Below are positions 26,359 through 38,962 of a stretch of DNA of 64,000 nucleotides, in pieces; within the stretch, counting starts at the first letter, position 1, and every line of letters begins with the position of its first letter. The DNA is taken from the NCBI GenBank assembly GCA_053919585.1, contig CM132791.1, one strand, 5' to 3'. A program made the position numbers and the translations under genes. This DNA comes from Euprymna scolopes. Its lineage: Eukaryota. The notes beneath the pieces were generated by a model. That model was given only the letters and a program-made list of their open reading frames with translations. It was not told where the DNA came from and searched no databases.

Positions 26359-26370
26359 ATATATGTATAT

Positions 26371-27340
26371 AATGGGCGATCAACAATTTCCCCACTATCC
26401 AACAATGATGAGGTTGTTTGCTCAGAAATCGAGAAGGCGAACATGCTTGCCAGCCGTCGACCGTCGAGGACAACCTGGATTTTTCTCTTATCTAAGAAGG
26501 ATTTAATTATGCTAAGTATTCTACCAGTGATGCCGTATGATTTAATTTTCCTGAGGAGACCCTTGTGCCATACCCTGTCAAAAGCCTTAGATATATCTAG
26601 AGCTACCGCTCTGCCCTCTCCCGCTTTGTCCAGTGAATAGTATATACGTTCAGAGATTACAGCGAGGATGTCAGCTGTGGAACGGGCTTGTCTAAATTCA
26701 TATTGTTTGTCAGTCAGAAGTTTAGCATCTGTAAGGTGCCGGACTAGAGCATGGTTAATTATGGTCTCAAATATTTTGGTGAAAAGTGGGAGGAGGCTAA
26801 TGGGGCGATAATTTGATGGGTCAGTTCTTTCGCCAGAATTCTTGAATATTGGTACCACAGAAGCAGTTTTGCAACAGCCCGGAAAGCATGATTCATTAAG
26901 GCATTTGTTTTAGAGTTTGGAGAGAACTGCAGCTATTTCGGCTGAGCACTTTTAAAATAGCACAGCTGGGATGAGATCAGATCCACATGCTTTTAAAGTG
27001 TCAAGATTTTTTATGATAGCATGCACCTGAGCAGGGGTGATTTTTAGATCGTCTAGCGTGGCGTCTGTCCACAAAGAAAAGTCAGGCAGGGGGTGGTTAG
27101 AAAAGTCCAGTGTGGAATTCGAGGCAAACCGGCTGGCAAACCGGCTGAGCAAACAACCTCATGATTGTTGGTTAGCACGGGAATTGTTGATTGCCCATTA
27201 TTTACTACACTGTTGTATATTTTCCAGAAGTCACGATTTCCTAATTTTTGTGCTTCGATGCGTTTTTTAGTGGTTTCAGTAAATTCTCTCTTGGCTTTCG
27301 CTATTTCTTTCTTAACGTTATTTCTAGCTTCTATGTACTT
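26371..27340 (-). mobile_element. Internal fragment of CR1/L2-group LINE family 2, with a short plus-strand piece at 26371-26456
   Basis: Reverse complement matches ~51000-51868 (YRPISLLP, ALDISKAFDRVWH). Confidence 0.9.
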
Positions 27341-27476
27341 TATTTTAAGCGTTTTTAATCATGAATTGAAGTCTCTCCTTCATGATTGCGTTATATATAT
27401 ATATATATATTATTTATATATTAAATAATATATTTATGTATATATATATATTCATATTTATATATTCTCACCACAT

Positions 27477-27740
27477 ACACACACACACACACGCACACAC
27501 ACATATATATATCTCGCTAGATTCAGCCACTCTGATGAGTCGTAGACGGCGAAACACGTGTCAGTTGATAATTTTGGTTTAAAAATAATATATATGCCGT
27601 TCCCCATTTAAGGGGGTACCAAATTGGTCAAATAGAAAATTATTCCCAACTCGCATTTAGGTAAAAAATACAATATCGTATAAATAATTGAATACATTCA
27701 AAAAGTACCGCTAACAAAAACAAATAAAAACATCTATATA
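27477..27740 (+). mobile_element. Short HHR-bearing element (family B, copy 1) flanked by the direct repeat TATATTCTCACCACAT
   Basis: Repeat at 27461-27476 and 27741-27756; the ~200-bp body is homologous to 42073-42271. Confidence 0.8.
27527..27567 (+). ncRNA. Minimal type I hammerhead ribozyme (family B)
   Basis: ccact CTGATGA gtcg-taga-cggc GAAAC acgt GTC agttg; palindromic ACACGTGT at stem III; predicted cut after 27562. Confidence 0.85.
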
Positions 27741-27764
27741 TATATTCTCACCACATTATCCATA

Positions 27765-28380
27765 GTTGAACCAGATGTCAAAGATCAAGGAAACGGAGAA
27801 ATAAAGCTAACACACAGAACTGGCCAGTTCACTCAAAGGGGTATGGAAGGTGAAAAAAGTTAAGATAACACCAATAATAGTAGACGCACTAGGAACAATA
27901 CCATAAAACTCTGAAAAAGAATAGGCGAGACTGGAATCGAAGGAATCGTTAAATAATAATGAAAACGCTGAAATATTAAGAAAACGTTTTGAATGCTGAG
28001 ATTATTGCTCATGATCCTCATACTTTATCAAAAAAGTCAAGGAGGATGGAAAGACAAGAGAAAGAAAGAACTAACAAGACCTCCGCTGGATGAGTGCGAG
28101 AAAGACGAGGACCTTGGGGAGGTTTATTCCTACTCACTTCCTAGTGAAACCCAATGGTCGCTACCAATGCGAAATCAATGAAAGACAGCTATTGCGATAA
28201 TGCAAATTAATGTGCCAAACTTTTCGAAATATGGCGGAGAGTGCTGAAAATCTGGGGACACTTATTGTCACTCAGACTCGATGGAACACTACAGACTGTT
28301 TTCAAAGAGAATGCTTACATGATGGTCTGTGTGAAAGCGCCTACTGAGTGTTAATAATGATGACAATAAGAAAAAGAAGA
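27765..28380 (+). mobile_element. Decayed 3' fragments of R4/Dong-like elements
   Basis: VWKVKKVKITPIIVDALGTIP resembles the RLE C-terminus at 24500-24550; TAA-like tail before the gap. Confidence 0.45.
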
Positions 28381-29498
28381 AGANNNNNNNNNNNNNNNNN
28401 NNNNNNNNNNNNNNNNNNNNNNNNNNNNNNNNNNNNNNNNNNNNNNNNNNNNNNNNNNNNNNNNNNNNNNNNNNNNNNNNNNNNNNNNNNNNNNNNNNNN
28501 NNNNNNNNNNNNNNNNNNNNNNNNNNNNNNNNNNNNGTTTTCGAGGGCATTCATCGTCAAGCCTAAATATCAGTTGACGCGATACAGACAAAATTTAATG
28601 AACGACATCATCATTATTATTTTTTATTTTTATTTTTTATTTTTTTGCGAATTAGTCCACCAGGAAAATTATCTATGGTAATATATTCAATAGGAAATTG
28701 ATTCTAAAAGAATACATACGCAATCTGCATAAATGAAAATATGAACTTACGACTGGCAATACCATGTGTCTAATAATGTGTTGGTAATAATGTAAACATC
28801 TGAGATAAAGTTAAGAACAAAGATTATTCGAAGAAAATACTTAGTAATATCTGCAAATAAGCGAGAAGTTAAGATTTTAATAAAAAATTTAAGCTTCAAA
28901 AAATTAAAATTTAAGTTAAACTATACCTAATGTAACAAGGTTTTAAAACCCTTAAAATAAACTGACGCGCTCCACTCATAATTTGAGATATCCATATGTA
29001 TATAATGTAAGCAAACAATTTAAATAGGTTATATTACATGAACCATGAACAATCTATAATATGATATAAAATTATACAAAGGTATTGCATTTTTGACTTA
29101 AAACTCGAAACAACTTAACTCTATATATCCTGTTCTGCTAATTTTCCTGTTTTTAAAACTTTTTTGTCAATTATGCCTGGTACCACCCTAAACCAGTACT
29201 TAAATAACATTCTCCAATCAAAAAAACATAAGCCGACTTCACAATTCCCATTAACGGAACATAATTATAAGGTGAAGCCCGAAGGTTTTACCTCGAGGTA
29301 TCTAAAGCAAAGAAAAAAGAAAGAACAACAAAAAAGATAAATAGAAGCATTAACTCCCCCACTTCTATAACCCCCCACCATACCCTTTAAGTACTAGGAA
29401 CAAACCTGGTAGCTTTCTTCTTTTCGAGATGACCTCAGAAGACAGGGTCGATGACTTCAGAGCTAAGTTAAACAATTCTTATCCATAACTGTTAATAA

Positions 29499-29644
29499 TG
29501 CCTACACTTTTGCACTATATATATATATAAAATGAAATATGAACTATTTTCGTCTTCAAGTTATTCTTCTTCCCATCCTCCATCTGATATAGTTACTAAT
29601 CCAATACAGCACTGGAGCAGCCCTTCCATCTACAATCATACAAC

Positions 29645-29676
<32 letters not shown>

Positions 29677-30209
29677 TTAATGAGAATAATAATATTTCTC
29701 CTAACAGCCATCCTAACACCAAAAACACTCATTATCCCCTCCAAAATAGTCCTCATACAGACATTGTCCCACCATTTGTTGAACACTATGAACAAAATTC
29801 AAACTATTTAACTAATACAAATCAGCAAATTAATATTAATACCAGACCTCGAGCTTTTAATAAAGTACATGCATATATCGGCGCTACTTCAACATTAATT
29901 AAGAAAAGAATATCAAACCACATTTCTTCTTTTAACAACCATAATTCTAATAATAATCAAGGAACTTCTCTAACCATTTTAATTTAAAAACTTAACTCTA
30001 ACAATACTCCCTTCTCAATCAAATGGAATATTATAAAAAAAGCTAAGTCTTATACTTCAGGCTCTAAATCATGTCGCCTCTGCATAACCGAAGCTATAAC
30101 TATAATTACTTCCCCTCAAAGTAACAATATAATAAATTCTAAAAATGAACTGATCTCTTTCTGTAAACATAAGTCCAAATTTAATTATGGCAAGTTTGAA
30201 ATTACATAG
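29499..30209 (+). pseudogene. Penelope-type GIY-YIG endonuclease with one in-frame stop at 29985
   Basis: One frame reads CL..CTIYIYK-[~110 aa N/S/P/H-rich]-AYIGAT..KKRISNHISSF..SLTILI*KL..IKWNII..CRLCITE..INSKNELISFCKH, the PLE endonuclease pattern. Confidence 0.8.
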
Positions 30210-31253
30210 TTATTACTTTTACCCTTTATATAGATAAAAAGATTTTTCTTTAACTTTATCGTTTTTCGACATACTTCTTAATAATTTATAATTTAATAAT
30301 CCTTTATTTTAATTCTTTATCTCTTTGCATGTCCGGTTTTTATCTGCATTTTTGTTTTATTCTTTAAACTTTCCTATCTATCTAATATATCAATCTACCC
30401 ACACTTTCATTTTACTATATGCATTTACTTACTTTTTTTTCTTGAATTTGCAGATACCGGCCATCCTCTCCCCTTATATAAATTTTATTTTTTATTTTTA
30501 TTCTTATCTTATTTTATTTTATATTTTATATTTTATTTTTTTATTATATTATATTTTATTTATTAATTTATTTATTCTTTATTTTCTATATATTTATTAC
30601 TAATTTATTTATTTATTTTTTATTTTCCTTTTAGTGTCGTTTAACAACTCTTGCTGACATTTTTTTAAGTGATGACTTGTACATTTCAGTTGACCTATAT
30701 TATTTTGCCCTATATATTTTTCGCGCCTTTAACATTTCCTGTCTGGGTCATTTTGACTTTTGTTTCCCTTTATTTTATATTTTATATTTAACTTTATCAT
30801 TATTTTTTAATTTATTTTCTCTTCTTTCTCTTCCCAGATCTTTCTTATTTATATTTATGTCTCAGAAGTAGAGTGAAAATCTCATCTTATTTTTCTTTTA
30901 TTAATATTATTGGAATCTTTTCTGTTTTCCTTGTACACATTTTTGTGAATTATTCCATGGATTTCTGCCTTTGGATTATTGTGGACCATCTTCTTCTATT
31001 TACGGGATCTCCTTGGATTTTACGTGTACAAATGGAAATTCTTTTAACTTTTTTGAAGTTGTACATTTGTATTTTACCGTCACTGGATTTTTTTATTTTC
31101 CACCAGACTATCCATTCGTGTGTAATCACCTTTTCTTTACCATATTCCCTCTGCTTCACTTTTTTTGTTTTCAAGTAAGATCTTTGACTTACTTGTTGTT
31201 TCATCAAATACTTCTGCATGCAAAATCCGATCCCGCATTTTGCTAATTCCTAC

Positions 31254-31300
31254 CCTCTGATGAGAAGGAAAGTATTTCTTCGAAACTCCGCGGATTAAGG
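31254..31300 (+). ncRNA. Minimal type I hammerhead ribozyme (family A, copy 2)
   Basis: cct CTGATGA gaagga-aagtat-ttcttc GAAAC tccgcgga TTA agg. Confidence 0.78.
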
Positions 31301-31959
31301 ACTATCCATTTATCTAGTGTTACCTTTTCAGATTAAATATGTTTTTAACTCATTTCAAAGTGTTTTTTAACATATTNNNNNNNNNNNNNNNNNNNNNNNN
31401 NNNNNNNNNNNNNNNNNNNNNNNNNNNNNNNNNNNNNNNNNNNNNNNNNNNNNNNNNNNNNNNNNNNNNNNNNNNNNNNNNNNNNNNNNNNNNNNNNNNN
31501 NNNNNNNNNNNNNNNNNNNNNNNNNNNNNNNNNNNNNNNNNNNNNNNNNNNAAACTCGAAACAACTTAACTCTACTAATCCTGTTCTGCTAATGTTCTCG
31601 TTTTTAAATCTATTTTGTCAATTATGACTGGTACCACCCTAAACCAGTACTTAAATAACATTCTCCAATGCAAAAAACATAAGCTCCCTTCACAATTCCC
31701 ATTAACGGAAGGTTCTACCTCGAGGTATCTAAAGCAAAGAAAAAAAAAACTTCCACGGATTAATATGGGAGAGGGGAAACTATCTTCAAGTACTATCCTA
31801 AACTGAGAATGGGGTAAAGGACTTATACTAAGTAGATATTAATAAGTCCTTCTTACTTTTTTTTTTAATGGAGAGTAGATAATACAGTGGATGTGTCATC
31901 GGCAGCTCCAGTAACTCGCGCTTCTCCTTTTTTGTCCCCCAGTCCTCATTTCCAATGAG

Positions 31960-34900
31960 TGATGTTTCTGATAAAGGGTGAAGAAAAAGCTGCTTAAAGG
32001 TCGGAAGTACTTCGAGAACAGTAGTCTGAGATGCCGGAAATTTTCTGTCTCTATGTCTATCCTTGCGGCCATGTCACTAGTAAGGGTGCTGGAGGTAAAC
32101 ATTTTCATCTGGGCTGACATTAACCGCCTGATAGTCAGGAATCATAACCTTGGATTGACCACTAAGGAGGCTGTCCTATCAGCAGGTGCAAAGTACTGGG
32201 CCTGCTGTATTGCCATTTGGTGAATGGATTCTGGACCATGCAGTAGTCTCTGGTGAGGCCTCTCGATGCCATACTAGTAGGTAATTGTTACGGCTTTACA
32301 TTATCATGTGCTACAAAAAAAATATCTTCCCATCTTTTCTCTCTTACTTTCCCTCTCTGTACTGTTCTAACCAAGTATGCTAACCTGTTCCACAAATCCC
32401 AAAATCCGCGACATGAAATATCTCCAAAAAAAGACACAAATAAACTTAGAACCCCATCTTCCAACATAGACCACTACTACCATGTCTCCTTCTCCAACGT
32501 ATGGGGTCTACGTTCCAACCTTCCAGAGGTTGAAACCCAATTATAGGAGACAAAAGCTTTTTCTAAGCAAAACTGGAATAGGGCCGACCACCTCCCTAGA
32601 TGAGTTCATAATTAATGGATACTCCAACTTAACATCTAAATCTGACCCCCAAGATCGCCATGGGTGGGGAATATGTGCCTACATTAAGGATGGCTTCCCG
32701 TGTGGCAGGGATATCTCTAGAGAAGACCTTAATTTACCTTATATGTGCTTCCGAGTTGCACTTGCTTACAGCACTGCATTTATATTTGCCTTCTATCGCC
32801 CCCACAACAGCGGAGTTACTATCTTTAAGAGTGTATATGAGAAAATTGACCACATCCTGTCTGCTCACGTTCACATTTGCGGTGACTTCAATGTCTACAA
32901 TGTGAAATGGCTGACCCACTCAAATACGCCTGATGATGAGGGGAGGTTTTGTCATGATTTTGCCATTGCCTATGACCTCACTCAGATTGTTCGCGAGCCC
33001 ACCCGTGCCTGATACTACCAGTCAGTACGCAAACCTTCTAGACCTTTTTCTCTTCATTTCCCCTGAACTATGATCATGTGCCGTTCTATCTCCTCTGGGA
33101 TCCTCCGACTACTCTGTTGTATCAGTTAAGATAAAAATGAAATATAATAAGTCTACAGACATACTTCTCCACCATACTGTATACTGATACTCTATGGCTG
33201 ACTGGAATACCTTCCGTACATTCATATCTGATCTACCTCTCGATTCCATGTTTAAAAAGGATGTCCTCTATAGTATCAGACCTGACCGAATGGTTAATTG
33301 TAGGCATAAACCAATTCATACCATCCAAAAAATTCCAACATAAACCTAACAGCCAGCCATAGTTCTCCCCTGAATGTGCTGCTGCCATTGCACACAGAAA
33401 CCACTTTTTCCATAGCTACCAACGTAATAGATGCACTGAAACTAGAGCTGCTTTCAGAACCGCCAGCAACCACTGTAAAAAAGTAATAAAAAATCCGTTA
33501 AATTCAAAGTAGCTGAGCAGCGGCTTGGTTCCCACCAGTTCTAGCAAATAGCAAATAGGATCCTGAACAGAAGCGTGCGTTCTATCCCAACCATTATCAA
33601 TGTGCCCGAGGTCATGTCGTCAGCATCAGACAAGGCCAAACTATTTGCCAAGAACTTTGCAGCTTACTTTACCCTCTGCGACAAAGGCCATCAACTCCCC
33701 ATATTTCCTCCTACAATACACAACGCGCTAGGTAACATACAAATATCTGTGCATGAGGTCACCAGGCTAATCAAGAACCTTGATTCCAGTAAAGCAACTG
33801 GCCCTGACGGTATTCCAATTATACTGTTAAAAAAGCTACAACCAGAATTTGCTCACATACTTACAAAACTGTTTAAGCGTTGCCTTAAGGAGAAGTGCTT
33901 TCCAACACCCTGGAAAACCTCATCAGTATGCCCTGTATTTAAGAATTCAGGTGATAAGTCATCTCCGTCTCAATACAGACCAATAAGTCTCCTGAGTGTC
34001 ATGAGTAAGTTGCTGGAATCCATATTAAATAGAAAAGTAGTCAACCACCTCAGCAGAAATAACCTTCTAAGTGACATGAATAATGGTTTCCGCTCTGCAA
34101 GATCTACAGTAGATGTGCTTACTGTTATATCACATAGAAGCAGCGAATCTCTCGACAAAGGCTTCATTTCTAGGGAAATTGCTCTTGACATATCAAAGGC
34201 CTTCGATAAGTTATGGCATAAAGGCCTACTTCACAAGATTTCCAGCTATGGTATAACTGGAAATGTTTTCTCTATCATTAAATAATTTCTTTCTGATAGG
34301 CTCATAAGAGTAGTGGTTGGTGGGCAGAAATCAGAGGCCCACAGTATTAATGCTGGAGTCCTTCAGGGGTCGATCCTGGGCCCAACTCTCTTCTTAGTCT
34401 ACATCAATGATCTCCCAAAACACATACTAAAATCATTCGTTGACATCTATGCTGATGGCACGACTATTTATGGCAACACATCAAAGGCCGCAAATGACAG
34501 CGTTCTCTCTGATTCTCTCTCCTCAGATCTTGAGCGCGTGATTCAATGGGGGAAGAGGTGGCTTCGTACCTTTAATGCATCTAAGACCAAGCTCCTATGA
34601 TTACATCATAAACGCTATGATCCCCATCTGGCATCGATTATCCAATCTATTCCTTGCTTCCTTTGTTCCAGCTCGTTTAACTCATTGGTCTAGTAATCTT
34701 TATCAATTTGCTTTCATATCTGTTGCCAAGGTCGCTGGGAAAATGGTGGGGTCCTTCTACCGCTCCAGAAGATATCTCACTGATGATACAATTCTCTATC
34801 TATATAAAAGCCAAGTACGTCCAAGGATGGAGTACTGCTGCCATATCTGGGCAGGAGCTGCTAAAAGCAGCCTATCCTGCCTTGACAGAGTACAAAATAA

Positions 34901-35373
34901 ACTTTGTGGCTTGGTAGGGGATGCCGTTTTCTCTTCCCTGCAACCTCTCTCCCACAGAAGAGACGTTGCGAGCCTGTCTCTGTTTTATCGTTATTTCCAT
35001 GGCAAGTGCTCGTCTGAGCTCCATTCTCTGGTCCCCCCTCGCCAATTATTCACGAAAACCACCCGACTAGCTGAAACCACTGTCAATAATTTTCCCCACT
35101 CTTTATCCGTGCATAAATCAAAACGTAGATTCCAGAAGTGCACGACTGTGGAACTCTCTTCCGTTTGCCTGTTTCCCACCTGACTACAACTTGGATGTCT
35201 TCAAGTCCAACATAAACAAATTCCTGATGACCTGCCCCCTAAGTAATGACACCTTATCAAATCCCCAATACTATTACTACGATACTATCCCTTAGATTAC
35301 TGTACACACAATAATCCTTATCCCCGAGTGGCCCCTGGGCCTTGATAAGTGGTTAACCCTATGTAAAAAAAAA
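31960..35373 (+). mobile_element. Near full-length CR1/L2-group LINE family 1 (APE-RT, disrupted), 3' stem-loop and A tail
   Basis: SNVWGLRSN, ICGDFN, KATGPDG, YRPISLL, ALDISKAFD, GVLQGSILGP, YADG(T), RPRMEYCCHIW; 5' boundary approximate. Confidence 0.93.
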
Positions 35374-35672
35374 TCATCAAAAATAACATCATTAAAATAA
35401 CATCATTTAATATAACATCATTAAAATAACATCATAAAAAATAGCATCATTAAAAATAAGATCATTAAATATAACATCATTGAAAATAACATCATTAAAC
35501 ATAACATCATTAAAAATAACATCATTAAATATAACATCATTTATTATAAATATAACACCATTGAAAATAACATCATTAAACATCACATCATACAAAATAA
35601 CATCATTAAATATAAAATCATTAAAAATAACATGATTTAAAAAGCATCATTAAAATAACATCATTAAATAAT
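35374..35672. repeat. 15-bp minisatellite (AAAATAACATCATTA, ~19 units) directly after the LINE tail
   Basis: Direct inspection. Confidence 0.92.
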
Positions 35673-36136
35673 TAGAACGAATAACTATCTAAAGCATGTA
35701 AGCTTATAAAAACGGAGGGAAAATAAAGACAATGGTCAATTACAGAAAAATTCACCTATAGGTACAGATAAGAAATTAGAATTATATGATCATTTAATAA
35801 AGCTAGTGTACTTAGCAGTTGAGTAGATTTACTAGTTTATGAAAATTTCTGTAAATAAGGAGTACCATAAAATATAGTTGCAAGTAGTACAGAAACTAGA
35901 TTAGATTAGACTATTTTAGTGAAAAATTAAGGTGGTGGAGTAAGTATGTGATTTAGGAGGGGTGATTTATTATGCCTACAATTAATTGATGTCTCTTGCT
36001 TTTTTATTTTAAGAGCCTATCACTATCCTTTAATATTTTGATAAACAGCATTTCATTCAAAGGAAGAAATTAGAATTAACCATTTGAATTTATTTTAATA
36101 ATTTCTCAGTTTAAAATTGGTGTTAGCTTATTTATT

Positions 36137-36246
36137 ATTTGTTCCCTGTAATATAAAAAAGTGATTTATCACTATTTTATATTACAGGGAACAAATGTGA
36201 TTTATCACTATTTTATATTACAGGGAACAAATGTGATTTATCACTA
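36137..36246. repeat. 29-bp-arm hairpin (36137-36196) followed by 36-bp tandem copies of its right arm
   Basis: atttgttccctgtaatataaaaaagtgat-TT-atcactattttatattacagggaacaaat; one mismatch. Confidence 0.9.
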
Positions 36247-36611
36247 TAAGCTGAATTAACAAAAACAAACAAAAACCCAGCCGTTTTAAACGCTGACCTG
36301 TTGATTTGTTTTTTTTTTTTTGTCGTCTGATTTCTATGGTTATTTAGTTGTAAAGTAAAGTGTGAAGATCGTCATTGTCTGCACTCGGAACGTGAGGACA
36401 AACATGAAAAAAAAAAAAACCAAAACAAACAAAAACAAAAACAAACAAAAAATCCAGCCGTTTAAACGCTGACCTTTTGGATTTGTTTTTTTTTTTTACC
36501 TTTGATTTTTATGTTATATACAAATGACAAGTTATGTGTAAAATAAATGACAAAAATTTGTATTCCAAAATTCATCATGGTGACCATCTGATAATTTATT
36601 CCTTTAATTCA

Positions 36612-36725
36612 GTTGACTTATACAGTTCTTGACAGTATCTGTTTCGTAGCGCAAAATCAATCACTTAATTATTATATCAATTAGTGAATCTATTATGCCC
36701 TTTACTCATCAGAAGAAATAGCAAC
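36612..36725 (-). ncRNA. Type I hammerhead ribozyme with long stem II (family D)
   Basis: Minus: ttctt CTGATGA gta..(long imperfect hairpin)..tac GAAAC ag-ata-ct GTC aagaa. Perfect 5-bp stem I and 4-bp stem III; predicted cut between 36631 and 36630. Confidence 0.85.
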
Positions 36726-37350
36726 AATCAATCCATCAAAAAGAATTGAAATGTGATTTGACATGGTAAAAATCCGAAAATTGGAAGAGAAGATGCAGTT
36801 ACCTTTATATTTTTCCATTACGCCATATTGAATTTTATATATATACTGGACTATCAGTGAACCGTTGGGTCAGTATGTTGTATTAGCTATCGAATTCATG
36901 TATGAGAGTGGCAATTGTGACGTAAAGAAAATAGTTTTTTTTTTGACATAACAGAAATATTTCTATGAAAGTATATTAAAATGAAAAAAGAATATAGATA
37001 GATTTCTTTGAGTCGTTCTGTTTATTATAATTGATTATTTTTGAAAAATAAAAACAATTTACAGTTACTGAATTATAAGTGGTTAGCCATACTTATAGAT
37101 AAAGGTGCACTGAACAGATACCATAATACTTATTATAGTTAAATTCAAATTTTGATATATCTGTTTTGTTTTTTTTACATCGTTCATTTCTGCATTACGT
37201 TTAAGTTATTTTAAACCCCACTCTTCCCATGTTAAATAATAATTTCGAAATAATAACGTTAATATTGCAGTGCGCAGGTCATGCGCACATGCGCAACCGG
37301 ATGTCGTAAGTGGATTACATATATCGTTACAAGGTCATTTGAGTTCTATA

Positions 37351-37426
<76 letters not shown>

Positions 37427-38475
37427 ATCTCTTATTCATTATTAATGATTCCCATATTGTGTTAAATTCTATACAATGGAAATGATATACACTAAATGGA
37501 CATAATATTTTCTGTAGAAGTCTTGACGCGTGCGAGAGCTAAGTCGCTCCTGGATACTTTTCTGGTATCACATAAATTCAATTCCTGGAAACATTCATAT
37601 ATGAATGAAACACTGTGAAGATTTTTGGATTTTTTTGTTTTATGCATACTCCTTTCATTATTGTTATCTCGAGACAATTTTTTTTATACACTATTTATTT
37701 TATGTTGATAAATATTGATATTATTGCATATTGCCTTTGTAGGCAATGGACGATTCTCTTTTGACATTATATGGAATATTCGACTGTAAGTTGAGATCTG
37801 ACCCCTGAAACTCACGGCTCTTAATTAATCAATCCAGACTTCCTGTTATGTTTAGCTAATGAACCCCCTTGTTTTAAAAAATAATCCTCTCCTTGCAAAA
37901 CACCACTAAGATATAACCCCAAAAGCTATCGTGAGCACATCCCCCAAAACCAATTACATGTTCCCCATTCCTTTATTACTCCTGTTACATAGCCGTTCCT
38001 GGACTGACAATACGTAATCATGTACTAATGCAATTAGTTCAATCAGTACTTCAAAGTCAAGCTCATCACAATGCTATTTATAGAACACCATATTTATAAT
38101 TTGTTTAGAATGAACTTTTAAACTTGTCTCGATAATTTATATGTAACCTCGTCCTTTGCTTTTACTATCACAAGTTTTCGTCAAGTCTCTTCATTCTTTC
38201 TACAACGTAACGCCACGACTTCCCCCCAAATTGCTCTCTACTCCAAAACATTAAAAACGAAAATGACATATTGTCCACCTGTGATACCACCGAAGTGTTA
38301 GGGAGTTAAAAAATAGGGGAAAAAATTAATAAAAAAGAAAACCTGAGTTTGTCAACAGAACAAAGGTATATTAAGTTGTTCACAAGGCACACAAAAGAAA
38401 ATGAAAATAGTATTGTTAATCAAGACATCGCTGTAATCGCTGAACAAAAGAGGTTAATATGCTTAGAGTTAGTTT

Positions 38476-38962
38476 TGTGACCATGTATGACAGTTAGAGC
38501 AAATTTACGGACAATCTTGTGTCAGCGACAGTTAAGGACAGTTTCCAATTTGTGACAGTCGAAGGCAAAATATGGCTCGCAGCAGACCAAGACGTACTGA
38601 CGATTGACGAACATGCCTTTTATAAAATACGCAGCTGCGTACCTAAACGTTCAGACGGTCAATGGTGTCACAGCGCAACTGCTATTTACAGAATGTGTCG
38701 GAGGTTGTGTTCTATTTTTTGCTTCTAACGTTATTTTATGTTTATACATGTGAGCTGGTGTATGCTTCGCTAGTTGCCAATATTTAAGAGATTACGACAC
38801 GGCCAGAACGAAGAACAGAAGATGAAACAGAAAAGTCCACTGTACACAGCGTTGAGGGTTTTACGGTTATTGAATGGAGAAACACGTCATTTCACACACC
38901 TGTTGTAGAAACAGATAAAATCACTAAGTACAGAGTCAGGGAGCAAAGAGTAATAGGTCACA
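38476..38962. mobile_element. Possible solo LTR or MITE with TGTGACC...GGTCACA termini
   Basis: Short terminal inverted repeat; more GC-rich than flanks; no TSD seen. Confidence 0.4.

Larger units (their letters stand above)
29100..31745 (+). mobile_element. Penelope-like element relic: GIY-YIG ORF, HHR-bearing repeat, partial-tandem direct repeat
   Basis: Direct repeat 29101-29318 / 31552-31745; GIY-YIG ORF; HHR at 31254-31300; no recognisable RT. Confidence 0.75.

Noticed and set aside
37268-37310. TGCGCACATGCGCA / CCGGATGT promoter-like motifs
   Set aside because: No associated gene or exon evidence in the window.
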